The translations under genes were made by a program, and so were the position numbers. Under the pieces are notes generated by a model. That model had not been told where the DNA came from. It worked only from the letters and a program-made list of their open reading frames with translations, and made no database searches. A stretch of 64,000 nt of DNA from Veleropilina oligotropha (taxonomy: Eukaryota). Location of the stretch: the NCBI GenBank assembly GCA_048128005.1, contig JBEUKZ010000047.1, forward strand, positions 124,001 through 188,000, read 5' to 3'. The stretch's first letter is position 1; each line of letters opens with the position of its first letter. Below are positions 12,602 to 25,022 of the stretch, piece by piece.

Positions 12602-15600
12602 TCATAACTTGTAGAAAATATTTACTTGTTTTAAAAACTCGAATATTCTTTCGAGCTTAGTGAATTGAAATAACTCTTGGAGTGAGCTTGCCCTAAAGTA
12701 CATTTGGCGTGCGAGATCCAAATCGACACAATCCAATAATATATGTTTAATTGTTAGGGCAGTTGCACAAGGAATACACTCAGGTGGAGGCTCCCCTTTA
12801 AGCAAATAGGAGTGAGTGTAGTGAGAATGCCCAATCCTCAGTCTGGCCAAGACCACCTCCTCTCGCCGAGTTGGTCTGCAAGAGGGGCCCCAATCGCCAA
12901 GAAGAGGTTGGACATTCTGCAGTTTATTCCTTGTGCATTCACTCCAAGAGTGCTGCCATGTAGAATATATATACTTGTTTATGCTTGGTTTAAAATCCGA
13001 GTGTGGTAATTTACAATTTAAGATATGGTTAAAATGTGAGGCTGCCTTGGCAGCTTGGTCAGCCTTCTCATTGCCTTGGATACCGATATGGCTCGGTATC
13101 CAGCATAAAATAATGTCATTGTCAGGTAAAAGGTTGTTATATTTTAATAAAATTTCCTGAACAATGATATTTCTATTCATCTCCCTCAATGCTTGTAAGC
13201 TAGAGAGGGAGTCTGAATAGATAATAAAACGCTTGCTATTACTTGTTGATATAAAATGGAGTGCAAGCTCGATTGCTTTTAGTTCTGCAGTATATATAGT
13301 CGCGCTGCCTGGCAGACGGTTTTGAAAACATTGTCTGCCAGTGACAGCGGCTGCTCTTACTAATTCTGCATCTTTTGAACCATCTGTGTATATGCTTGCA
13401 CGATCTGAATATTTTAATTTCAGATCGTGCACTTTTGTGAGATAATCTGATGTGTCTGTGTTTGATTTTTTGAATGATGCAAGCTGTAGGTCTATTACCG
13501 GTACTTTTAGTGTCCATGGTGGAGTATCCGGAATGTGATTTGTTTTAATTTGACCTAAATGTATGCCTGCGTTTTGTAGTGCTGGTTTTATGCGGATGCC
13601 AAATGGTGCAATTTTGTTTGGTTTTGCCTGAAATAGATTTTCGTAATTTGGTGTATAGACAGTTTCGAAAGCAGGGTTAGATGGGTTTGACTTTAATTTG
13701 ATTGCATATTGTAGTGATAGTTTTTCACGTCTGTGTGTAAGCGATGGCTCGTTGGCTTCTACATAGAGACTTTCCATGGGTGACGTGCGGAAAGCCCCTA
13801 GTGCAAGTCGAAGCCCTTGATTATGGATTGGATCAAGCATTTTAAGATATGAATGGCGAGCAGAGCCATATACTATGCTCCCATAATCAAGTTTTGATCT
13901 AATTAATGATCTGTATAGTCGTAATAAAACTGTTTTATCAGCACCCCATTCAGTATTAGAAACTACTTTCATTAAATTAAAAGCTTTTTTACATTTAGCT
14001 TTAATGTATTTTATATGCGGTATGAAAGACAGTTTTCGGTCAAATACAAGGCCTACAAATTTAAATTGATCTACCACTGGAATCTCAAAGTCATCCAGCT
14101 TCAACGCAGGGTCGTCATGTATTTCACGGCGCTGGCAGAAGTGCATGCATTTAGTTTTGTCCTTTGAGAATTTGAATCCATTCTCATCGGACCATATCCG
14201 TAATTTATTTAGGCCATGTTGTAACTGGCGTTCTATACTGTTCATATTTGTTGAACGATAGCAAATGCCAAAATCGTCAACAAATAATGAACAGTCAGTG
14301 CCAGTACTAATACATTTGACGATACTGTTTATTTTAATACTGAATAAGGTGACTGATAAAATGCTTCCTTGAGGGACACCCATCTCCTGATCGTGGATAT
14401 CGGAGAGGATGTCACCCACCTTGACTTGAAAATTTCTATCCTCAAGGAATTTCGAAATAAAATTGGGCAAGTGGCCCTTTAAACCAAAATCAAACAAATC
14501 CTTCATAACGCCGTACTTCCAAGTAGTGTCGTAGGCCTTCTCTAGATCGAAAAAAACAGCAAATAAATGTTGTCTGTTTAGGAAGGCCTCACGAACAAAA
14601 GTTTCCAGACGTACCAAGTGATCTGTGGTGCTCCGGTTGCGCCGGAACCCACATTGATATTCTGTAAGTAAATTATTTGATTCTAAGTACCAAACTAATC
14701 TCTCGTTTATCATCCTTTCCATGGTTTTACAAATACAACTCGTCAGGGCTATGGGTCGATAACTGTTGGGATGTGATTTATCTTTTCCCGCCTTTGCAAT
14801 TGGGATAATAATAGCTTCCCTCCACGAGGGAGGTAAGGTTCCAGTTTGCCAGATAGTATTGAATATTGCAAGTAGAGTTGTAAGTGATGTTCCGGGTAAA
14901 TGCTTAATTAATTGATAGTGAATGTCATCAGGTCCAACTGATGTGTCATGTGCCTTGCTTAGTGAATCTGTGAGTTCCTTGTGTGAAAATGGCTGATTGT
15001 ATGACTCTGTATTGTCTGATCTAAAATTAAGCCTTGTTTTTTCTTTTTGATTCTTAAAACGGCTGAATTTTGGCGTGCAGTTGTCGGATGATGAATTGAC
15101 AGAAAAGGTATCTGCCAATGTGTTTGCAATGTCTTTCGCTGTGGTTGCTTCTGATGTGGTTGTTTTAAGGTGCTTGATGCAGTTGATTGTATGTTTGCCA
15201 CTAATTTTACGGATCATATCCCATGTTTTTTTAATAGTGGAACGAGAGTTTAGTTTGGTAACGTAGGAATGCCAGGATTCCCTTTTGCTGTGCTTGATGG
15301 TACGTCTGGCTTGTGCTCTTAATAGCCTAAAGCTATTAAGATTTTGTAGTGTTGGGTGCTGTTTAAATGTTGAAATTGCATGTATGCGTGCTTTGATTGC
15401 TTGTCTGCAGTCTTCATTAAACCAAGGTTTATTTTTGTGTTTGGTATTTGGACAGGTCTTTGGAATTGAGAGTGTTGCAATGTCATGTAGTGTTGTAGAG
15501 AAACTTGATATTGGGTCTTCGCCATTAGTAAAGTGGTCTGGGTGTAATTGCTCTTCGCAGAGATTGGAATTTTGGCCAATCTGCTTTGCGAAGTTTCCAC

Positions 15601-16283
15601 CTTTCAGTGTATGTTTGTGCATGGTTAATTGTGCTTTCCAGGAAAATTGGAAAGTGGTCGCTTCCGCGGAGGTCCTCACCAACGTTCCAAGTAAAGTCCA
15701 GGAAAGCAGATGGGTCGCACATGGTAAGGTCAATGGTGGTAAGTGAGCCTGTAGGTGGATGCATGTATGTTGGCGATTTGGTAGTGTTAAATAAACACAA
15801 ATTGTGTCTCCCAATAAAGTCCTCTATTTGATGTCCCCGTTTATCTGTATCAGTACCGCCCCAATCCGTACTGTGGGCGTTAAAATCGCCACACAATATA
15901 AATGGGGTCGGTAGCTGATTGATGAGATTGTCAAGGTCAGTAGGTCGTAAGTTTGTACTAGGTGGTAAGTATACCGAGCAGATAGTTATTACTCGGTGAG
16001 TCGATATTTTCACTGCTACTGCCTGTAAGTTTGTGTTTAAGTTGACCTGACTGTGTGGTGTTCTGTTGTTGACAATGATTGAAACCCCCCCTGTTGCTTT
16101 GTCACCTGTGGTGACAATGTGATTGTATAGTGAGTGGTCTTTGATATGTATGTTGTCTGTGAGTTTCTTGAAGGTTTCATTAAGACATAATGCTGTTGGT
16201 TTGTGTTCTTGAATTAATAGACTGATCTCATCGATATTAGGTTTAATGCCTCTACAATTCCATTGTATTATTGTGCCTGGCAT
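12602..16283 (-). pseudogene. Copy A ORF2: APE endonuclease, reverse transcriptase, RNase H and CCHC; one frameshift near 15560
   Basis: WNCRG, GDFNAH, SDHFP; YRPIAL, FFDLEKAYD, GVPQGSILS, LFVDD; IYTDGSK, YSDSLS, WIPSH. ORFs 15525..16283 plus 12602..15814. Confidence 0.95.
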
Positions 16284-16341
16284 GTTGGTTTAATGGTGTG
16301 TGTATTAAGATATTTGTTTGTAATGTTATGTTAAAATTTGC

Positions 16342-18324
16342 CTATTTATTCGGTGGAAGTACGGGCTTGATGGGAGGCTTTGGCTTGTGCGGGCGATCCA
16401 ATGGCTGATCACTTTCCATTGGATCGTTGGCAGGAGGAAGCGGCCCAGGTGTTTCGGGGCTCTCCTCCGTCTGCCGGTGTAATTTGTTTGCTGCCGCCTT
16501 CCCACCCTTCATGGCAGCAGCAACAATTTCGGACGCGAGGTCCTCGATAATAGTGTCGGTATTATCAATTTGGTCATCTGATGGTTCGTTGGTATCCATC
16601 AGGTGACCAAAGCGATTATGCAGCTTAATAGGGTCCTCGGACCCTTTGGGCTGTCGGGCTGTCTTGATTGTTTGCTTTTTAATGGCTGCTGCCTTGCGAA
16701 CAGCAGCAGCCTCTTTTTTAGAGTTGTGAGTAGTAGGTTTGATTGCTTTTGATGTTTGTGTTGATTCTGATGATGATGATGCTAACTTGTCTCGAGATGG
16801 TACAGTACTGAAGAATGGTTTGCCAGATGGCCAGGTCATGTCAGTTTGCGTCGAAGAGGATCGAGTGATCGGCTTTTGCTCCGGTGCTGCAGCAATTGCA
16901 GCATAGGATCTGCCCGAAGTAGTGCGGGATTCCACCAGTTTCCTGGCATCCGGGAAATAATAATAATAATAATAATAATAATAATCTTTATTTAAACTCG
17001 ATAGCCTTAGTAGGTGTAACACCTATTTTCACAAGGGTCGAGAGCTAAAACAATAATACATGAAACACAACACATAAATATATAGAATTGAACATATAAA
17101 AACTAAAAATGACTAAAACGAAATTAATGTAGGGGATAATATGAATGAGATAAAACGCATTGAAAGAAATAAAAGTCAGTTCAATAAAACTTGAAATACC
17201 TTACATATTATTACAGGATAAAATATAATAATGAAAATAAGAAGTACAATTTACTAAAACGAAAATTTCAGATATCGGATTAACTAAAAATAAAATCAAT
17301 GAGACAAGTCACTTAAAAATTTCTTGAAATAAAAGTCATGACAGTAAGATTTAAAAGATGCCAGACGTTTACATGTTTTAACATGTTGGGGTAATTCATT
17401 GAAAAGTATTGGGCCCATAATCCGAAATGAGCCTTTAAAAGAGATCCGGTCGATGGTCTTGACCCTCTGGATCTCTTTCTCGTGTTTCCACTTCGGACAG
17501 TCCTTAGAGTAAGCGTAGTGCTTACCCTTGCAATTGGTGCACAGAGGCTGTTGGGAGCAAGAGTCAGAGTCATGACCCTCTTCGCTACAACGAGCACATG
17601 CGGGATTTCTTCTGCATCGGTCTTTGTGATGCCCAAATGCCTGGCATTTGAAGCATCTCAAGGGATTTGGAATGTATGGTTCTACAGGGATGTTTATGTA
17701 ACCAGCTTTAACATATTTCGGAAGCACTGGAAGGCGGAAGTCCAAGATGATGGTGTTGATGGGGACTTTCTTCCCATCCTTGAACATTGTCAGGCGTGTA
17801 ACCTTGATTACACCCTGACTAGCCATGCCTTCCAGCAGTTCGGGTTCACTGCATCCCTGCAGGTCCCTGGATCTAATAACTCCCTTGGAGCTGTTCAAAG
17901 ACCGATGCGGTCTGATTTCGACAGGTATATTGACAAATTTGTCCGTTCTCAGAAGATTCTCCGCGTGGCTCTTCCTGGCGCATTCCACCAGTAGTGTGCC
18001 ATCTCGAAGTTTCTTGACAGATCGAGGTTCGCCTGCAAGGCCGAGGATGGCCTTGGAGATAGCGAATGGACTCAATGAAGTAATTGGTGTATTTGAGTTC
18101 AGTGCCTCGATCGTCAAGAAACGGGGCCAACTTTCCGGTACAGGTGGAGGAGGATTAGGCAGATATGGGGCCTCTATCTCAGGATGATATGGGGTACACC
18201 GGAAAGCGGCCATGAATTTCGCATCATCGTCGTCATCATCAGAATCTATATTTTTGTTTCTGCGTCGTTTAGGTGCATGATAGTGTTCTTTGTGTGCCAT
18301 GATTTGTGTGTTATGTTTCATCAC
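16342..18324 (-). pseudogene. Copy A ORF1 (gag-like, 3 CCHC knuckles), interrupted by a CR1/L2-type insert
   Basis: CFKCQAFGHHKDRC, CARCSEEGHDSDSC, CTNCKGKHYAYSKDC; split at 16958-17437. Confidence 0.93.
16958..17437 (-). mobile_element. 5'-truncated CR1/L2-group LINE 3' end
   Basis: ORF2-end motif SFRIMGPILFNELPQHVK...LASFK, AT-rich UTR, 3' stem-loop (ctcga..taggtg-tta-caccta..tcgag), aataaa and (att)n tail. Only aaa is duplicated at the ends. Confidence 0.8.
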
Positions 18325-20066
18325 CCGAGGTCCCCGCCCACCCCGGAGCCCAACAAGGGGGCATTTAACAGGTGCGGAGTTCCGGCACCCAATGCCAGGG
18401 ATACCCAGGTGATATACTCAAATAAGTGAATGAATATTAGTGGTGGGAAGTGTATATCCCACCATTCATTCCTCACTTGATTGACCCTTCAGCCACCGCC
18501 TTCTGGGATATAGATCAATGGATGGTAAGTGATCTATGATATGAAATGTTTAAAAAGTAAAATTTAAATGATGTTGTTAAAATTAAATTATCCCAGGGCA
18601 CGGCGTGACAAGCCGATTGATCAGATAGGGCCTATCTGACCTCCCGTCTAGCTGAATCCGAGGCCAAAGTAGTGTGTTGCTTCAACCGAGGCCAAAGCTC
18701 AACTACCAGGACCCTCTTTTCCAACATCACGGGTCGCCACCCACGGCAAACTGGTGGCTCCCATTTGGGGGGATCTTACCCCTCTGCAGGGAGAGCAGTC
18801 GGCATATTCTAACCCCTAACCGACTGGGGGGTATGAAGTATCAAGTCAATCCATGAAGGCAGATGGAAGTTATAGCAGAATGGAGTTCCTCGCACGCAAA
18901 TACTGGTTCGAAGAGCTAAGTCATTTGACCTTGGGACGACATGGATGGGTCGCAGAAGCGAAGTATGAATGATGATAAGCGAGTGTATGAAGTATCAAAT
19001 CAATCAATGAAGGCAGATGGAAGTTATAGCAGAATGGTCAGTTACTCGCATGCAAATACTGGTCCAAAGAGCTAAGTCATTTGACCTTGGGCATAGGAGC
19101 GACATGAGTGGGTCGCAGAAGTGAAGAATGAATGATGATAAGCAAGTGTATGAAGTATCAAGTCAATCCATGAAGGCAGATGGAAGTTATAGCAAAATAG
19201 AGTCACTCGCATGCAAATACTGGTTCGAAGAGCTATGTCATTTGACCTTGGGCATAGGGCAACATGAGTGGGTCGCAGAAGCGAAGTATGAATGATGATA
19301 AGCAAGTGTATGAAGTATCAAGTCAATCCATGACGGCAGATGGCAGTTATAGCTGAATGGAGTTACTTGCACGCAATACTGGTTTTCGGGATGGACGGAC
19401 AAGGGTAAATCTTAATGCCCCCCCCCCAATAAATTGGTGGGGGCATAGTAATGAAAACAAGGTTGAAGATGGAGTTTTCTTGTTTACTATGAACCAACAT
19501 GGCGAAGCGGATATATTACCAGTCAAAGTTGATGTTTTTTGGTCGATTTTAACCAAAACATTAAAAATAAACAAGTTACCACACAAAAACATGAAAATAT
19601 ACACTTTTTCTACATTTTTCACACGAACAGGTATTTATTTATTGTAAAGTTGTATTTAACATTGCCGAAAATTACAAAAACTCAAAAGTGACATTTTTGA
19701 CCAACTTTTGTATTTGTCGACCTGCGGCTACCCTTAACAGTCGCAGTCATCAGTAACTAGCTGGGGCAGGTGGGATCCCCAGGGATCTTGGTTCTCTTCG
19801 TGTGATATTATAGACAATTCCATACAGGCTGTACGATTGTTGTCCAGAAAAAATGTAGAGGTCAAAGGTCACTACGACAATGTCAATCACTGAAAATTAG
19901 TGACAGGTGAGCAATTTGAACCTTATGAAGAAATACTGTCCGAAATCATTATGTGGTTAAATAAGCAGTTTTTCAATATTATTTTACAACAGCAGATGTC
20001 AATTATATATGTTGGTCTCTCGAGCATTATCGATACTTACCGTTGAGCTCCTTGACTCATTCATCA

Positions 20067-20330
20067 CGGCCGCTTCGGTAGCGCAGTGGGTAGAGTGTCC
20101 ACTCTAAATTCACTGGCTTGTTTCCGCTGACGCGAACAGTAGTGGGATCGACCCCCGGCTGAGGCAGCACACATTTGTTCAAGTTGTGAAGCACAGTTGT
20201 CCGTGACTGGCCGAAGAGGGCGGGTTTACCCGGCGACCGGGGTTTCCTCCCGCGATAACACGGACATGTCCTGCCTTGAACCTCGATGTTATAAACATAC
20301 AGGACATTAAGCATAATTTCTCCTCTCCTC
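20067..20330 (+). mobile_element. tRNA-derived SINE with V-domain-like core and 11-bp TSD
   Basis: A box tagcgcagtgg, B box ggatcgacccc, core ggtttacccggcgaccggggtttcctccc, (ctc)n tail. TSD ctcattcatca at 20056-20066 and 20331-20341. Confidence 0.8.
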
Positions 20331-20574
20331 CTCATTCATCATCCTCGAACAGGCCTCCCTGCAGATGGGCCGGTGTCGCAAACTCTGTCGTTGAGCTCCT
20401 TGACTCATCATCCTCGAACAGGCCTCCCTGCAGATGGGCCGGCCCAGCATGTATCATGTCTGGGCTCTGGAACTCGCTGATCGACCCCTGCCCATCTACT
20501 GTTGGATATCTGAATAGACAACGAAATAATCAACACCGCACGATTGAATATTGAAAGCATTTTATTACGTAATA

Positions 20575-23230
20575 TAACAATAGGTAATTGTCCACTCATT
20601 AACGCACGCAATATGGTCTGGTCCATACTGACAACTAAAGAATCAATTTGAATTACAAGGATATATCGATATTGACGTCTCATTTTCAAATTTTAATAAT
20701 TCCTTCGCATTTCGTAGTTTTGTTTTTGACGTTCTTTTCAGATCCTCATTTTCTTTTTACACCCTGTAAAACGTCGCTTGCGACTTGTTCCTGAGCACTA
20801 CTGGTTCGTTTGTAATTTCGAATAGCATCGGAACGGTGGCCAGTTTTTTCTCAGATTAACTGAGTGTTCTGGTATATCTGCGGCATACATTCGCGTTGCT
20901 GCTGTTCCGCGTAGAGAATGATTCGTATAACATACTTCCAGCCTCACCTCATTACATATGGATTGAATCAATTTAGACAGCGTATTAATTCCAATTCTTG
21001 AATCGGAATACCATTGGGTTTGGGTTGGTCTCGCCAGTAATCGCAAGTACAGGGCATTGCACTTCCCAGCCTTCGGCCTAAAATATGAATAGAAAAGCAT
21101 AACTATTATGATAATTATAACGTATGGTGCATTTCATGGCATATTTCAGACAGTGTTCATTGTTTTGTAATAGATGAATGCATATAATGGTGCATCCACG
21201 TTCATAGCTTCAGGGGTCAGGTTGAGATTCCTTTGTATGACTCCTCAACTAACACATTTCATCATCTTGATGGCTCTGTTGTCGCATCAATTGATTTGAA
21301 TCCAGTCGTAGACATCACATTTATCCTAAGGTGGATATTTTCGGATAGTCCTCACATGACCATGGCTGTTAATTGGAAAATAAAACAAATACAAATGAGC
21401 CGGCGAACTTCTGGATTATTGCATATTCCTGTCAGATATATGTTGTGTTCGCATTGAACATAATAAATAGGCCCATTCGTCCTCCACAAACGATTATACT
21501 TGAGGTTATTTCAATTGCAATTAAGACTTAATAACACAATAATTTACACTAAAAACAGGGTAAATATATACATTTTGGCAATTCAGCCATTCTCTTACTC
21601 ACCCACCACCGGCTGCAAACAAACATCATTCAAATAAAGCATATTTTTAGCAGTTGCACACAGATCCTTACCTGATAGATATATATTTATCAAGCAATGT
21701 CAGCAAGCACCTGTCTGGATTTGTGCTGTTCCGACGGTTTTCTGCCCAGTTTACTGTGTTCAATCCCCCCAGCGTTACACTTTGATACATCCTCGGTATA
21801 TTTTAAAAAGCGATTTCCGCTTCCCCTTTCTTTGCCAAATGTTAATTGAGAATATTCTCCTACCCTCAAATTATAGTGTTCTTGAACACCACGAAGGACA
21901 AAATTAATACCCGTTATATTAGAGCACGGCATTTCGCAATTTATCCTGAGTATCCGAGCCTAGAACTCCGATAACCCACAATTTATCCTCGCCTTCAACA
22001 GAAATGATACAAGTTTGTTTCATGTTAATTCCCACTCCTTTGCATGCTATGTCCTTCATTTTCTTGTCTAAGATGTTCAAAATCAGCATCATCCATAAAT
22101 GCAACCATGCATTTGTTTTCAAGGAGATAGTGTTGTATTGCCAAGATTATTTCGAATAGGATGGTTCCTTTGTATTCCTGTTAGGGACCGCTCTAGCATT
22201 TTCGAATCAATAGCCAATTGAAGAGCCAAATTCAATTATTAGGAGCCAATTTATTTTTTGTAGCCAGTATAAATGTGATATTTAATATGTATAAAGTATA
22301 ATCGATACACTCGCTGCGAGAGTGTCGATAACTAATAATGGCGGATTGCACTTGACTATTGTCGTGGCAACGCAAAGCTTAGGGCTGTATTAAAGTATTT
22401 GAATTGAAACGAAAGACGATTTAAAAGTAGTTTTTATTCATTTATCATATCGTTTATAGCCGCGCCAAAAAATAGCCATTTACTAAATGTAATCGCCATG
22501 TGTCCAATTTTAGTGCAAAAATGAACGCACATAAACAATAGTTCAAGAGTTTGTTGGTCATTGTCAGCAAAGTTCCATTAATTTGGCGAATATCTGGCCG
22601 ACTGGATGCCATCGATTTGCGATTATCTAACCACCCGTTGAATAAACTAACTGCCCACTTTGAGTTTGCCACTGTTTTGGGGGCAATTCGTGACTGTACA
22701 ATTTTCTCTTTCTCGATCTGCATCTGGGACAGGTACGGAGTAGTGCTTTGATGAAATAGCGTTACTGTCAGTAATATCCCTCATGCCGTCTGTTTTTTTG
22801 GTTTCTGGATCGGATATGTCACAGTATAGGTCACAACTTGCAAATTAAAAGTAGATTTAAATTTTTGGCTTTCGTCTTCCATAGCAATGATATCTTTGAC
22901 AATTGCATCAGTGTCACTTCCACTATTAGATGCATATATAGATTTATAAGTGTGAGTAATAAAACGTGGACTTGCCATCGATCTCGAACTCTGTCCGATA
23001 ATGATGGAAACTGACCAAGTGACATAACGCATGCTTCTCACAGAGAGCAAGAAACAATTGCCAGATTTTAGGGCGATGGCCTTTCATATATCCAACTGTT
23101 GGATAATACAATGACACTTTAAAATCATGAGGATCGTAAAGTGATACAATTTTTTAAGTTGGATAAACAACGAGATGGTGTTGGATATTTCAGAGAAACC
23201 ACCAACATCCCGTTGTTTATCCATTACTTA
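20575..23230 (-). pseudogene. Crypton-like tyrosine recombinase (DUF3504-type) element, fragmented
   Basis: Colinear minus-strand pieces: KTVANSKWAVSLFNGW; LDKKMK..GVLGSDTQDKLRNAV; GINFVLRGVQEHYNL..YTEDVSK; WYSDSRIGINTL..YTNHSLRGTAATRMY. Terminal stem-loop at 23160-23223. Confidence 0.75.
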
Positions 23231-23403
23231 GAAAAATGTACGTCCACAGACAGATCTGGCTTAATTGAATGCTAAATCCATTTATTTCATATTTTAATAT
23301 AGGACAGGTTTCCTGTTTGCAATTACCTTGCAGTTACAAGCCCAAGGAGTTTGATCAAATATTTTTGATTCACAATCTGCTACGGAGTCTTCCACCAGAT
23401 CAA

Positions 23404-24241
23404 CCCCCAGTCGGTTAGGGGTTAGAATATGCCGACTGCTCTCCCTGCAGAGGGGTAAGATCCCCCCAAATGGGAGCCACCTGTTTGCCATGGGTGGCGA
23501 CCCGTGATGTTGGAGAAGAGGATCCTGGTAGGTGAGCTTCAGCTTAGGCTGAAGCAACACACTACTTTGGCCTCGGATTCAGCTAGACGGGAGGTCAGAT
23601 AGGCCCTATCTGATCAATCGGCTTGTCACGTCAAGCCCTGGGATAATATATTTTAATAATATTACATTTATACATTTCAATCAAAACATTTTATGTAACA
23701 GATCATATACCATCAATCGATCTATATCCCAGAAGGCGGTGGCTGAAGGGTCAATCAAGTGAGTAATGGATGGTGGGATACACATTTCCCACCACTACAT
23801 TCATTATCTTATTTGAGTATATCACCCGGGTATCCCTGGCATTGGGTGCTGGAACTCCGCACCCATTAAAATGCCCCCTTGTTGGGCTCCGGGGTGGGCG
23901 GGGACCTCGGGTGATGAAACTTAATACACAAAATATGGCAACTCCACACCATCTTAAACGCCGAAACCATACAGCAGCAAAGCGATGGAATATATCCGTC
24001 GACTCTGTTTCTGATGATGATGACGCTAAATTTTTGGCCGCTTTCCGGTCTACACCTTTTGATCCTGAGCTAGATGCTCCTTATAGACCTGACCCTCCAC
24101 CAGTCGTACCGGAAAGCTGGCCCCGTTTTTTAACGGTGGAATCGTGCAATTCCAACACTCCAATCACTTCTCTGAGTCCGTTCGCCATATCCAAGGCCAT
24201 TCTCGGCCTGGCTGGCGAACCACGATCCGTTAAAAAACTAC
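23404..24241 (+). mobile_element. I/Nimb-like LINE 5' fragment (5' UTR plus ORF1 start), plus strand
   Basis: Starts cccccagtcggttaggggttag; ORF1 N-terminus nearly identical to copy D; breaks at SVKKL. Confidence 0.95.
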
Positions 24242-24245
24242 TCGT

Positions 24246-25021
24246 AAAAGATGTAACAAAGACACCGACATAAGTACTTAATGTTGGTGTCATTTTTAAA
24301 AGTAGAATAAATATAACACTATTGGTTTAATTTAAACAAAACTTCAAAATATTATCAACCAGAGATATATGACAAATACTGGGAGTTTCAAATGCATTCA
24401 ACATTTACTGTTTAAATATTTCATAAAGAATTATTAAAAAAGATGTAACAAAGACACTGACAAAGTACTTATACTTTGGTGTCAATGATACATCCTGGAT
24501 ATATCGTAGATTATGACACTACTGCATATTTTTAAAGGAATTTGTAATACTAAAAGTCACTGATTATGAATAGGGCCACGCTGTTTTTTTTATAAATTCA
24601 AAATATAGTTTAAATAGTGGATACAGATTTAATGGAAAAGATGTAACAAAGACACTGACATAAGTACTTAATCTTGGTGTCAATGTTACGTCTTGGGTAA
24701 ATAACATAATAAATATGGAATTATTTAATATATCAATTTAAAAGCTTACAAAATATTAAAAACACTGAATATGACACACAATTGATTGTTTATGAAATAA
24801 AAATCGTCCATTAATAATTTGGACAAGGAATTACTTGAAAAGATGTAACAATGATGCTGACGTATTAATTAAAGTTTGGTGTCATTGTTACATCCTGGAT
24901 AAATATCAGAATAAATAAAATACTACTAAGTTTTAAAATAAAATATAATATAAAATAGTATCCACCAGAATTTCGACAATAATTGCGTAGTTTATATACA
25001 TTCATCATTGTTACATCTTTT
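24246..25021. repeat. ~200-bp-period array of ~57-bp imperfect palindromes in AT-rich DNA
   Basis: gatgtaaca..gacac..ggtgtca.tgttacatc starting at 24250, 24442, 24640 and 24842, plus an inverted half-site at ~25003-25021. Confidence 0.8.
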
Positions 25022-25022
25022 C

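Larger units (their letters stand above)
12332..18830 (-). mobile_element. Full-length I/Nimb-like LINE copy A with 12-bp TSD
   Basis: TSD gtatgaagtatc at 12320-12331 and 18831-18842. 5' end CCCCCAGTCGG, 3' tail, both ORFs present. Confidence 0.97.
12076..19447 (+). repeat. HINE-type element with ~115-120-bp tandem units, split by LINE copy A
   Basis: Units (tgaccttg..gggtcgcagaagcgaagtatgaatgatgataagcaagtgtatgaagtatc) at 12150-12331 and 18831-19380. 3' end ggacggac..aatgcccccc..gggggcat. Confidence 0.65.

Noticed and set aside
20067..20170. Functional tRNA gene
   Set aside because: Oversized anticodon region, SINE body, simple-repeat tail and TSD.
20041..20443. LTR-like direct repeat around the SINE
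   Set aside because: Only a ~55-bp local tandem duplication of the target region; no TG..CA ends, PBS or PPT.
24246..25021. CRISPR-like repeat-spacer array
   Set aside because: Repeats are degenerate, spacers are ~140 bp and weakly related to each other, and the context is eukaryotic.
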